Below are positions 1 to 11,557 of a DNA stretch of 35,704 nt, one piece after another. The stretch covers positions 21,040,355-21,076,058 of the forward strand of contig JBOZIK010000001.1 of the NCBI GenBank assembly GCA_051453625.1, given 5' to 3'. Every line of letters begins with the position of its first letter. The stretch's first letter is position 1. The notes under the pieces were generated by a model. The model worked only from the letters and a program-made list of their open reading frames with translations. It made no database searches and was not told where the DNA came from. The position numbers and the translations under genes were made by a program. Origin of the DNA: Welwitschia mirabilis (lineage: Eukaryota).

Positions 1-1390
1 GCTCATAAAAACACATCATATAGATAAATAATAAATAATGCATAATGTGTATAAAAAATTTGAGAATTTTATGTCATAAAAGCTTTAAAAATTTTGAAAA
101 TGAGCCATGCAAATGGGTCCCCTCCTCCCCCTCCCTAAAGAAAAGGCAATACATCCTGTATTAGAAAATAAAGCAAAGAAGGTAAACAAGAGTGGGAAGG
201 TAGGAAATGAAAATGAGGACAATTTTCAAAACAAAGTACAAAGCTAAGTAATGTCAGATTTGAAAAATATAGAGATATGAAATATTTTAACAAGTAAAAA
301 AGACTAGACAGAAGTGTTTCATCATAAAAAGAATATGAGAAGCACTTTACAACACCAAAAATCTAAAAAATAACATAAATCTAAATAAGAAATTACCTTT
401 TATTAAAAACTTAAATGGGAAAATATGCTAAGAAAATATAGAATAACTTTGAAATAACTAAAAAAACCACAAAAGAAAATAAGAAGAATGGGCATAAGAT
501 CACATAAACAAAAGATAGCTCACCACTCCAACATTCTAATGAAAGTAATCATAACATCACTTGATGTGAAAACTGTATGACTTAATGCACAAAAATTCCA
601 TTTAATAAGTAAGTGATTATGACGATGCTATAGTAAAATTCTTTAAACAATGAATGATCAGACCAAAGAATTACTCAAAAATGAACTCTCTTACTTCACC
701 TCAAAACAAACACCAAAATCTCAAGAAATGAAATGATCATGTGAAAAGACTAAGAGTCTAAGAAACAAGCAATGCCTCTGATAATACCAGGAATAAAACT
801 GATTCCATAGCCTCAAAGTATAAATATAACTTTATTACCCATGATGAGAGGAGTGTAACCACTGTCNNNNNNNNNNNNNNNNNNNNNNNNNNNNNNNNNN
901 NNNNNNNNNNNNNNNNNNNNNNNNNNNNNNNNNNNNNNNNNNNNNNNNNNNNNNNNNNNNNNNNNNNNNNNNNNNNNNNNNNNNNNNNNNNNNNNNNNNN
1001 NNNNNNNNNNNNNNNNNNNNNNNNNNNNNNNNNNNNNNNNNNNNNNNNNNNNNNNNNNNNNNNNNNNNNNNNNNNNNNNNNNNNNNNNNNNNNNNNNNNN
1101 NNNNNNNNNNNNNNNNNNNNNNNNNNNNNNNNNNNNNNNNNNNNNNNNNNNNNNNNNNNNNNNNNNNNNNNNNNNNNNNNNNNNNNNNNNNNNNNNNNNN
1201 NNNNNNNNNNNNNNNNNNNNNNNNNNNNNNNNNNNNNNNNNNNNNNNNNNNNNNNNNNNNNNNNNNNNNNNNNNNNNNNNNNNNNNNNNNNNNNNNNNNN
1301 NNNAAATACATAAGTCAAGTTTGAAAGATGATCAAGTAATGCCATAATAATATTTCAAAGGAAAAGGCTAAGAGAAAATTCAGAAGGTTT

Positions 1391-1485
1391 GCTTATGAAA
1401 TTCTAATTTTTACCCAATTACTTCCTATAATTTTTAGGCAGTCAAGTCAGAAATCTCAACAGAGCCATAAAAATGTATTTCTCAA
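1391..1485 (-). pseudogene. Vestige of integrase C-terminus in E1
   Basis: Minus strand translates EIHFYGSVEISDLTA*KL*EVIG*KLEFHK, which aligns with the E3 integrase end at 15291-15385 (EKIHSNGSVEIFDLTTKEIQKVNG). Confidence 0.75.
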
Positions 1486-2115
1486 AATAATAGAAAGCAA
1501 AAAATCAACATTTTATTGACCATCATCTTGCTCATCATGCAGATGACAGAGAGGATGACACACATAGGATAAAGAAACAGAACATATAAAATTAACAGAA
1601 AAACAGAAAAACTAAAAAAAGGGAGTATCGTCCACATTGCCATGGGGATGATAGAGGAGATGACTAATTATTTTTGTACAAAAAAAATAGAAAAATGTAA
1701 ATAGAAATAAAATGGAGTATAGAAAATAAAAACAGAGATTCTGAAAATAGAAAACTAAAAAGAAAACAACAAGTCAAGCAAACTTTTATTCATATCTTAA
1801 AGCTAAAAACACATTTTTATTGAAAAGAAAGAAAGGAAAAATCAAGGATCTATTATGGTCTTAAGTTTTTTAGATAATTAAGATCTAAACTAGAAATTAA
1901 CCAATTGATAAAACATAAGAGATGTACAATTATTTTCATGTAAAATTAACTGGATGAAGACAAGAGTAATGGAGAGTACTTTATGATGTCATGTCAAAGT
2001 ATAGATTTTGGAAGTCAAAGAGGAGAGAAAAGGTAACTTGAATGAAATATTTTCATGAAATGCAAGAGGAACATTACAAAGAAAATTACCTTTATGTTCA
2101 CTAAAAATATTTTTC

Positions 2116-2169
2116 TTTTTTAAATTCATTTTATGATTTTTTGTTTTTTAAATTCATTTTATGATTTTT
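2116..2169 (+). repeat. 28-bp-period tandem duplication near the end of the E1 coding remnant
   Basis: Two copies of TTTTTTAAATTCATTTTATGATTTTT, not adjacent to any gap. Confidence 0.7.
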
Positions 2170-2199
2170 ACTTTTTAGCTTATGAAATGGACAATCTTC

Positions 2200-5100
2200 C
2201 TTATGATTTTTCTTGAAAAGTTGGGATTCCTTATACTTATGAGGTTTCTTTTCTTTTTCAATCTTAAGTTGATCATCACAAAGCACATGCTCATTTGGTT
2301 TTATCTCTCTTTCTTAAAGTGGGTGATGTTGCAAAAATAAAGTAGGTTTGAAATTATCCTCAATGTTTATATCATCATCACCCAAATCTTTCTCAGCTAC
2401 ATCAAAAACTCTAATCATAAAAGTTCTATTTCCAAAATAACATTACATTGTTCCTGTTCTTGTATCAATGATGCAGTGGGCTATTACAAAAAAGGCTCTA
2501 CCTAGAAGTAAAGGATATCCTCTATTATGTTCAATAATAATCACATTTATTTGTAGCAAGTCTCTTCTATTTAAATTGCCAAATCTTTAATGATGCCTAC
2601 TAGTTTTTTAACTAATGTTTCTACTAATTCTAAGATAACCGAGGTAGGCTCTATTCTATCTTCCAAACCAAGCCTCTTAAAAATATAAAGTGACATAAGG
2701 TTAACACTTGTTCCAATGTCAATTAAGGCTTTCCTTATCTTTTTATTTTCCTCTACAATAACATTCACCATTGCTACTCTTGGATCTTTAAATTTTGATG
2801 ANNNNNNNNNNNNNNNNNNNNNNNNNNNNNNNNNNNNNNNNNNNNNNNNNNNNNNNNNNNNNNNNNNNNNNNNNNNNNNNNNNNNNNNNNNNNNNNNNNN
2901 NNNNNNNNNNNNNNNNNNNNNNNNNNNNNNNNNNNNNNNNNNNNNNNNNNNNNNNNNNNNNNNNNNNNNNNNNNNNNNNNNNNNNNNNNNNNNNNNNNNN
3001 NNNNNNNNNNNNNNNNNNNNNNNNNNNNNNNNNNNNNNNNNNNNNNNNNNNNNNNNNNNNNNNNNNNNNNNNNNNNNNNNNNNNNNNNNNNNNNNNNNNN
3101 NNNNNNNNNNNNNNNNNNNNNNNNNNNNNNNNNNNNNNNNNNNNNNNNNNNNNNNNNNNNNNNNNNNNNNNNNNNNNNNNNNNNNNNNNNNNNNNNNNNN
3201 NNNNNNNNNNNNNNNNNNNNNNNNNNNNNNNNNNNNNNNNNNNNNNNNNNNNNNNNNNNNNNNNNNNNNNNNNNNNNNNNNNNNNNNNNNNNNNNNNNNN
3301 NNNNNNNNNNNNNNNNNNNNNNNNNNNNNNNNNNNNNNNNNNNNNNNNNNNNNNNNNNNNNNNNNNNNNNNNNNNNNNNNNNNNNNNNNNNNNNNNNNNN
3401 NNNNNNNNNNNNNNNNNNNNNNNNNNNNNNNNNNNNNNNNNNNNNNNNNNNNNNNNNNNNNNNNNNNNNNNNNNNNNNNNNNNNNNNNNNNNNNNNNNNN
3501 NNNNNNNNNNNNNNNNNNNNNNNNNNNNNNNNNNNNNNNNNNNNNNNNNNNNNNNNNNNNNNNNNNNNNNNNNNNNNNNNNNNNNNNNNNNNNNNNNNNN
3601 NNNNNNNNNNNNNNNNNNNNNNNNNNNNNNNNNNNNNNNNNNNNNNNNNNNNNNNNNNNNNNNNNNNNNNNNNNNNNNNNNNNNNNNNNNNNNNNNNNNN
3701 NNNNNNNNNNNNNNNNNNNNNNNNNNNNNNNNNNNNNNNNNNNNNNNNNNNNNNNNTCTTCTTGCCAAGAGAAGAAAAGTTGTAATCATCTAAAATTTTA
3801 ATGTCCTCTTCCTCTTCTTATTCATTATTATGGAATGTGGGAGGTTTACATGGAGGAGGGTTTTTTTTTTATCCACTTCTTGTCAAACATTACAATCTCT
3901 TCTTAGCTCATTTGGGTTGGATAAAGGTTGTGCAAGTAAAGTTTCTTAAGGTCTTTGATTTACTAGCAATGTTTATTGAAGGACGTTTACCAAGTTATCT
4001 ATTTTGGCATTGGTTGCTTCTTGTGTTCTTTTTATTTCATCTAAAGAATTTGAAATTTGATCATTTGAATTTTGAAAGTTGGATGAACTTGGTTGGTAAT
4101 ATGTATTTTAAAGCCGGTTTCTAAAAGGTTGAAAATTGTTTTAGAAATATGTATTCAATCTATGTTGTACTTGATTTTGGTTTCAAAATTTTTGAGATGG
4201 TTTATTAAAAGTAAAAACTTCTTCTTGAATCCTTTCTTTATAAGTTGGTAGAAGAGGACAATTTTTAGTGATATGATAGTTATCCTCACATAGATCATAG
4301 GTTTGCATAACATTTCTTTTGATGGTTTTTTTAGCATCTAAAATCATTTTTATATATTTCTCTAAGGTTGTTGTAAATTCTCTCATAGGGTTTATAGGGT
4401 TGTCTTCTACTTCTTTTTATTTCATCTATTTTAAGCCCTTAATAGGTTGGCCTATCATTTGATTTTCTTTAGGTGTTGACCATATTTTACTAACATCCAC
4501 AAGTTCTTCTAATTTTGTCCATTCATCATCTAAAGTAAGGTTCATGAGGTTTCTTTCACAAGAAAAATCTACAAGTTGTTTTGTATGTGGAGTTAGCCCA
4601 CTATAAAATTAGTTTAGTTTTTCTACACTTGAAAAGGCATCTATTGGATTAGAGTGAACTACTACAGAGAAATGCTCATATGTGGAGGCATAGTCTTCAT
4701 TTGATTTTTGTTGTAAGTTTGTTACCTCCCTTTTTCTTATTCGTATAGTTTTTTCACTCATGAATATTTTTATAAAGGTTTCTCAGACTTTCAATATATT
4801 AGGCTTTTGTGGGGTAATGTTTTTAGCTAAAGTTTTGCCCTACCTTTTAATGTCATAAGAAAGATTACCATGTATGTTTTATCTGTTATTTTTTTCTTCC
4901 CATTTTCCAAGGTGAGGATAAGTTATTTAATGTCTCTAATTTATTGAATGGGATCCTCATCCTCTTCTCCACTAAAATTTGGATAAGGATGTAAATTTTT
5001 GAGCTTTATGTAATCCCTGGTGGTAGGTCAAATAGTGTTTGAATTTCTCTATTCTTATTGGCTGCTAATTCTCTAAGGGTAAGGTTGATAAAAGATCCTA

Positions 5101-5326
5101 CTACTTTTTTTCGTTTATGAGAAGCACTCAACATTATAGCTGGGTTCTCTCCTTCTACAGGTTTTTCATTAAAGAAATTAGATTCACAAAAAATAAATTT
5201 GAAAGGAGGATTGAGTGCACCTAGAGATTATTCTTCCGACTCTTTTTCTATGTTTACTAGTCCTTATTTGAGGTTCTATTCTATCAGATTCTTTTCTTTG
5301 AGATATGTCTTCTTCATATTGATCAT
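2200..5326 (-). pseudogene. E1 gag-protease pseudogene
   Basis: The start MINMKKTYLKEKNLIE is homologous to the E2 and E4 gag starts. The zinc knuckle reads (Y)DLCEDNYHITKNCP (ORF 4183-4386) and the protease ALIDIGTSVNLMS (ORF 2571-2771) is followed by PLLLGRAF. Many stops and frameshifts; gap at 2802-3756; left boundary approximate. Confidence 0.85.
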
Positions 5327-5791
5327 ATCATAGCATCCTGCAAATAGAAAACAACAGAAAACAGATCAGAAAATAATAGACCATCATCCTGTTTCTTATT
5401 TGAATGACAGAGGAGATGATGCACACAGATAACATAAAAACAGAAATAGAACCGAAACTAAAACAAAAAGCAGAAAACATAGAAAATAGGAATGTCATCC
5501 TCATGCTCATCCGGATGTCACAAGAGGTAATAGAGACTAATTTATTACAAAAAAAATTACAATCCAAAAATAAACTAGAAACCAAAAATACACACTATTG
5601 TCCTAACTGTCATGGGAAAGACAAAGGGGATGACCACACTTTTAATAGAAAACCTAAATCTAAAGAACCAAAACTGAAATGCAGTACATAGAAAACCTAA
5701 AGCTCCTAATAAAATATAATGCTGCACAAACAAATACCCAGTATACTTATCTGAATAATGACAATCTTTGTACTGTTTGATAGCCTTTATT

Positions 5792-5804
5792 GGCAACGAC
5801 ACCA
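5792..5804 (-). other. Primer binding site of E1 (tRNA-Asp type)
   Basis: Minus strand reads TGGTGTCGTTGCC, 3 bp from the LTR end. This is a decayed form of the Athila PBS TGGCGCCGTTGCC. Confidence 0.85.
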
Positions 5805-5807
5805 ATT

Positions 5808-6868
5808 TGTTGTAGTGTATATTTGTACATACTTTTATGTTCAAATAGATTATATCATTAATAATTAAAATATATATTATACATAATACATCATACTAAT
5901 ATAATGGGAGTGACCCAAAATGTCGTATCTCTTTGAAGTCTACTAGTATGAGACTTAGTTTGCTTTTGCAATTAAATAGGAACTAGGAATAATAAATAAT
6001 AATGCAATAAAATAAACTAACATGTAAATTGCAATATGTAATCTAAAAATATGCAATGCAAATAATCCTAACCCTACTTGCTTTTCAGCCTTGATAAAGG
6101 CTATCCTTGATAATCTATATCACCTAAGAAATTGTCACTAAATCAATGATAACATTAGACTATAAGGGTCATAAGAAATTCTACAATGTAAACATAAAAT
6201 AAAATAAAGATTTATATTAAAATGATAACAATATCCGGGTTATAAAATAGCTGAGTCTCAATGGAAGATACTCAGACCTCCACCAAGTGCTCATCTTTCT
6301 GCAACTTTCAAGATAGATCTCTTATCCTTCGCTCTCCTGTCATGAGAATCTCTAGTGCATTGAAGATGGGAAGGAGAGTTAAGGGAGGCCTTATTTATAG
6401 GAATAATACAAAAGAAATGGACAGACATAAGGTGTGATTATGCATGCTCATTAAGCATTTAAAAATGGATAAATTAGCTAAGAGAATCTATCAGTGATAG
6501 TTACATGTCATTGTCATCTAGGCTATCATCCAAATGACAAGGGGAATGATAGACTATTACAAAATATCTTCAAAATGATTACTCAATAGTTCACATAAGC
6601 AGTCATCATCCTTCCTGTCGTGTGGACGAAGAAGGGGATGATGGTCTTCTTTAATGTCTTTCTTGAGGAGAAACTTTAGTAGTTTTATCATAAAAAGCTC
6701 TATTCATTAGAAAGTGCCTTTAATGCATCAAATTTAGATAATAACTACAATTTTCTCAGATTTCCTCTTGTATCTTCAAAACTCTTAGAATTGTGCTTAA
6801 ATTTGTTTAAAAGTCCTACAAAACAACTCATAAAACCCATCAAATAACTATAAATTGGTAGCGCAACA
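5808..6868 (-). repeat. 5' LTR of E1 (type A, termini TGTTG...CAACA)
   Basis: Begins TGTTGTAGTG and ends GCGCAACA (inverted termini). Colinear with 28620-29697 and 31868-32672, adjacent to a PBS, and carries TATAAATA on the minus strand at 6392-6399. Confidence 0.9.
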
Positions 6869-7257
6869 TGCATTTATTTAATATTGCATAATTGCATATC
6901 CTATTTGATGTCTCTTATAGCTTATGTTGGTTAGGATTAAGTTACATTTCCTTAGTTTTTCTAAGGACAAATCTTGGTAATAGGAAGTTTGATAGTCAAT
7001 CATATTCATCATTCATTTCATTTGTATTTCATCATTATTCATCTTTCATTGCATTTGCATTATTTTTTATTTTCATTTACTAAAGAAAAAAGACTAAAAA
7101 TACTTTATGAAATCAATTATCCATCTTTAGCCTAGTGCCTTCAATGGATTACAACATTTAGGTTGACTCCCATCTATATTAGTATGTGTTTTTTTGTAAG
7201 TATTATGATTTACAGGTTTTACCTAAGGACTTAAATATTACACAAATTCACATCACA
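6869..7257 (+). repeat. 3' part of the E2 5' LTR (divergent LTR type), truncated by the E1 insertion
   Basis: Ends CACATCACA followed by AAATTT and a PBS, as at 17793. Shares ACAACATTT.GGT.ACTCCCAT with the type B LTR (17737-17760). Confidence 0.65.
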
Positions 7258-7263
7258 AAATTT

Positions 7264-7282
7264 TAATGTCATTGTCAAAGAA
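7264..7282 (+). other. Heavily decayed PBS of E2
   Basis: TAATGTCATTGTCAAAGAA differs from TGGCGCCGTTGCCGGGGA only by G>A and C>T changes (plus one A/G difference). The downstream context matches 17800-17850. Confidence 0.65.
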
Positions 7283-7721
7283 GATAGCAAGGAGCTAGAG
7301 GATTATCACTATTTAGATTAGTGCCTTGGAACTCAATTTAGATTATTTATCTAAAATAGTATTGTATTTTTATTCTAATTTAGTAAATTTATTTTTGTAA
7401 TTTTTATTTTATGTAGATTTAATAAGTATCGTTGTTTCCTTCATTGTTCACATGACACTATGAACGATAATTATATATTTTTAGATTTATTATCTTTATA
7501 CAAATTTTCTTTTAGTAGCAATACTAAAGTACTATTATCATCACTGTCATCCCCATGACAAGATGGATAATGGTCTACATTTTTTTCCTTCTGATTTGGA
7601 CAAATTTCTCTATTTTCAATAATTTCCTATTTTTCTAATCATTGTCCTTTCTATCATTCCCATAACCAGATAGATGATTATCAGTTATATTTTTGTTTCT
7701 TTGTTTAAAGTGTGTAGGGAA

Positions 7722-10700
7722 ATGGTGAATTCTAGTAAAAAGATGAAATATCATAGAGAGCGAAACTTGATTGAGAAAGATATCAAAGAAGGGTTATTCA
7801 ACTTTGAGTAAAATCCAGGTATGCGCACCCTAAGTATGTAAATTCTAAGGATTAAAGAAGAAGATTTTTTTTTTCTTTTATTATTTCAGAATTAAAATTT
7901 TCAAAAAAAATTATGAAAATAATAGCATAAAAGTAGATTGTATCATTTCTTTTTCATCTATGTCGAAATCATCACAAAAATAAAACCAAGCTGCTTCATC
8001 TGGTATACTAATCATGATAGAAACTTTGACTTCAAATGCAAATGCTGTGCTTAAGATTTAATTGCTAATAGAAAACATGAAATTCAAAATCCTTTCAATT
8101 TATCTTATAATGATGATGTAGAATTAAGGAATGGGAAGAAACATATTAGTGATTATATTTACATGATTATCTTTAGTTAGAGGAAAAGTAAAACTTTGGC
8201 TTAGATCCATTTCATACAATCGTATTAAATCATGAAATCAAGTGCAAAAAGTTNNNNNNNNNNNNNNNNNNNNNNNNNNNNNNNNNNNNNNNNNNNNNNN
8301 NNNNNNNNNNNNNNNNNNNNNNNNNNNNNNNNNNNNNNNNNNNNNNNNNNNNNTTTAGTTAGAGGAAAAGTAAAACTTTGGCTGAGATCCATTTCATACA
8401 ATCGTATTAAATCATGAAATCAAGTGCAAAAGTTTTTATTAAAAGATTTTTGAGTGAAATTACTATAAGAAAAAGAAAGAAAACAGTTACCAACTTCCAT
8501 TAACAACCTCAAGAGGATTATGCCATAACTTTTGAGCATTTCATCATAGCTATTCATTCCAACAGTCTGGCTAAATTTTGTAAAGAGGAATTAATAAATT
8601 ATTTTTATAGTGAATTAACTAGTAAAACTAAATAACTTGTAGACTTTTCTTGTGGTAGCAACTTGATGAACTTGACTTTAGATGATACATGAAATTTGTT
8701 GGAAAATCTAGTGGAAGTAAGTTAAACTTAATTAAAATCCACTTCTAAAGAAAATCAAACTATAGGCTAAATCATAAAAAATTTAAAAGAAGTAAAACAT
8801 GATAAGAAGGAAAAGAAAGATGGTTCAATGAACATGATTAAGGGTTTCACTATAATTTTGGAGAACTACACTCAAATGCTAGTTGATGCAAAGGTAGTAA
8901 GGGAAGAAAACATAACTTTAGCATGTGATATATGTGAAGACAACTCTCATCTAACTAAAGAGTACTATTTGTTGCTAACTTGTAAAGAGAGGATGTTTTA
9001 GTAAGTATGTGCATTTAATTAAAGGACACCTAACTCTAAAAGTTAACTATAATTTCAATAATGATTAGGTGGATAATCAAATTAGAAACCTTTTGAGAAT
9101 AGATTCCGAAATTCAAAATTCTAACCAAATAACCACAACCTTTAACCAAATCATAGTGATCCACTTAGAGATTCAGTAGAAGAATTGAAAATAATGTAAG
9201 AGAAGACCAACAATAATATTGAGAACTTAGTGAATTTACTTCAACAAATAATGTTAGCTAANNNNNNNNNNNNNNNNNNNNNNNNNNNNNNNNNNNNNNN
9301 NNNNNNNNNNNNNNNNNNNNNNNNNNNNNNNNNNNNNNNNNNNNNNNNNNNNNNNNNNNNNNNNNNNNNNNNNNNNNNNNNNNNNNNNNNNNNNNNNNNN
9401 NNNNNNNNNNNNNNNNNNNNNNNNNNNNNNNNNNNNNNNNNNNNNNNNNNNNNNNNNNNNNNNNNNNNNNNNNNNNNNNNNNNNNNNNNNNNNNNNNNNN
9501 NNNNNNNNNNNNNNNNNNNNNNNNNNNNNNNNNNNNNNNNNNNNNNNNNNNNNNNNNNNNNNNNNNNNNNNNNNNNNNNNNNNNNNNNNNNNNNNNNNNN
9601 NNNNNNNNNNNNNNNNNNNNNNNNNNNNNNNNNNNNNNNNNNNNNNNNNNNNNNNNNNNNNNNNNNNNNNNNNNNNNNNNNNNNNNNNNNNNNNNNNNNN
9701 NNNNNNNNNNNNNNNNNNNNNNNNNNNNNNNNNNNNNNNNNNNNNNNNNNNNNNNNNNNNNNNNNNNNNNNNNNNNNNNNNNNNNNNNNNNNNNNNNNNN
9801 NNNNNNNNNNNNNNNNNNNNNNNNNNNNNNNNNNNNNNNNNNNNNNNNNNNNNNNNNNNNNNNNNNNNNNNNNNNNNNNNNNNNNNNNNNNNNNNNNNNN
9901 NNNNNNNNATTGAGAACTTAGTGAATTTACTTCAACAAATAATGTTAGCTAATCAATAACCACAAGAATCTCTTGTATCTCAACCTTTACCCAACTCAAA
10001 TGAAGTCAAAAAAGATTTAAAGGTAATAACTAGAAGAAAAAATGATACAACACCACCTATCCATAAGGCTTTAACTTCCAAAAATAATTAAACAAATTAG
10101 GAAGAAAACAATGTAGAAATTTTGGACTTATATAGCTTATCTTTAATCTCAAATGATAAGCCTATCATGAAAAACTCTTCACAAAAAAAATAAAGGAAAC
10201 AAACCATCTACTCCTTGACTTGATAGGTTAAACATAGATCTACCTATGATGAATACTTAAAAGTCTTAATGCAGAAGGTAAACATTAACTTACCTTTTAA
10301 AAACTCTTGCATGAAAGTTCTAAATATGCTAAGTTATGGAAAGACCTAGTTAGAAGAAAATAAAAATGTACCATTTCTAATAAGGTCTTCCTCACTCAAT
10401 TTATTTCCAACTTAATTATGAAAAAGTGTCCTAAATTCAAAGATCCTGTGGTAGTAATAGTAAATATCACTTTGGAAGAAAATAAAAGAATTTGAAAATC
10501 CTTTATTAACATAGGAGTTAGTGTAAATATCATGTCTTTTCACATATGTAAAAGATATGGGTTGAAAAACAAAGTGCAACCTACATGAATTATCTTGGGA
10601 TTGGCTAATACTTTAATTAAGAAAATCTTAAGGATTATCAAATACTTAGTTATTCAAATAAAAAAAGCTTTCTATCCCATAAATATGGTTATCATTAAAG

Positions 10701-11557
10701 TAGAACATGATGAAAATTATTCACTACTCTTAGGAAGATCCTTTTATGGAACTGTTCACTATATTACTGATACATGAACTAGAATGATGGAATGTCACGT
10801 AACTAATAAGAAGTTCACCATTAGAGTTTTTGATGCTAGTGAAAAAGAAACATGAGATGAGTGGAACTTAGAAGAGGAACTTAAATTGACTTTGTTTGTG
10901 TAACATCATCCTATTGAGAAGATAATGATAATGTTACGTGAGTTAATCTTATATGATAACCCAATTGACATACATTGTTTTTAACTTAAGGATAAGAAAT
11001 TTTTAAACTAGGAAGAAGTCCAAAATTTTTAATTAATGAAAAAACTTTGTAAAGAGCATAATCTAAAAGTCATCCCTACAATAGTTTGGAGTGATAGTTA
11101 CTAATGGCAATTCAATAATAGAACTTGACAATTATAACACAAAATTGAAAGAGTAACCCAAGGGTTTGACATACATTTTTTTGTTCAATAATCTGAAGAA
11201 ACCTTTGGTGGTAAGTCACTTTCTTAATCCTTAATAAGAATCCAACTTGGTCTCACTTTTAGCTTCTAAGGAAAATGCTTTTGCTTGGACTTATAAGGAT
11301 TAAACTACCATTCCCCATTCCATAGTTTAAAATAAAATCTATGTTAGAGATAATGCTAAACCAGTTAGATAACCCTAATGAAGGCTTAATCAAGCACTCA
11401 AGCAAGTAGTCAAAGATGAAATTATTAAAATCATGGATGCTAGGATTATTTATGCTATATCTAAGAGTGAGTGGATTGGTCCATCGACAGTAGTTCCTAA
11501 AAAGGATGAAAAATGAAGAATGTGCATTGAATTTAGAAAAATTAATGAGGCCACTAT
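7722..11557 (+). pseudogene. E2 gag-protease-RT(N-terminal) pseudogene
   Basis: Start MVNSSKKMKYHRERNLIEKDI; knuckle CDICEDNSHLTKEY at about 8924-8965; protease LINIGVSVNIMS at about 10502 and SLLLGRSF. The RT start (VVPKKDEK*RMCIEFRKINEAT) stops abruptly at 11557. Confidence 0.85.

Larger units (their letters stand above)
1..6868 (-). mobile_element. E1: Athila-like Ty3/gypsy LTR retrotransposon, pol-deleted (gag-protease only); its 3' LTR lies just left of the window
   Basis: On the minus strand the order is LTR (5808-6868), PBS (5792-5804), leader, gag, protease, non-coding DNA, integrase vestige, 3' UTR. Bases 1-850 match the 3' UTRs of E5 and E6 (the window start resembles 32780 onward, about 110 bp from the E6 LTR). 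No RT or RH motif is seen between the protease and the 3' UTR. Confidence 0.85.
6869..11557 (+). mobile_element. E2: older Athila-like element (partial 5' LTR, PBS, gag, protease, start of RT), interrupted at both ends by nested insertions
   Basis: LTR end ...CATCACA at 7257, decayed PBS at 7264-7282, and leader homologous to 17794 onward. The gag-pol remnant runs to 11557, where the E3 LTR begins. Confidence 0.8.

Noticed and set aside
758-3801. Long ORFs in the track (also 9230-9913, 12189-13259, 32919-33812)
   Set aside because: They are open only because they run through N-gaps.
5328-5844. Overlapping short ORFs including CPNCHG (5404-5691)
   Set aside because: They lie in the E1 leader, are low-complexity, and are not conserved in the other leaders, so they are chance ORFs.
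8174-8434. Near-identical direct repeats flanking gaps (also 9219-9951, 11558-11793, 22183-22398, 24245-24414, 34911-35226)
   Set aside because: Each pair sits exactly on both sides of an N-gap, mostly of 100 N. They are unmerged contig-end overlaps, not biological tandem repeats.
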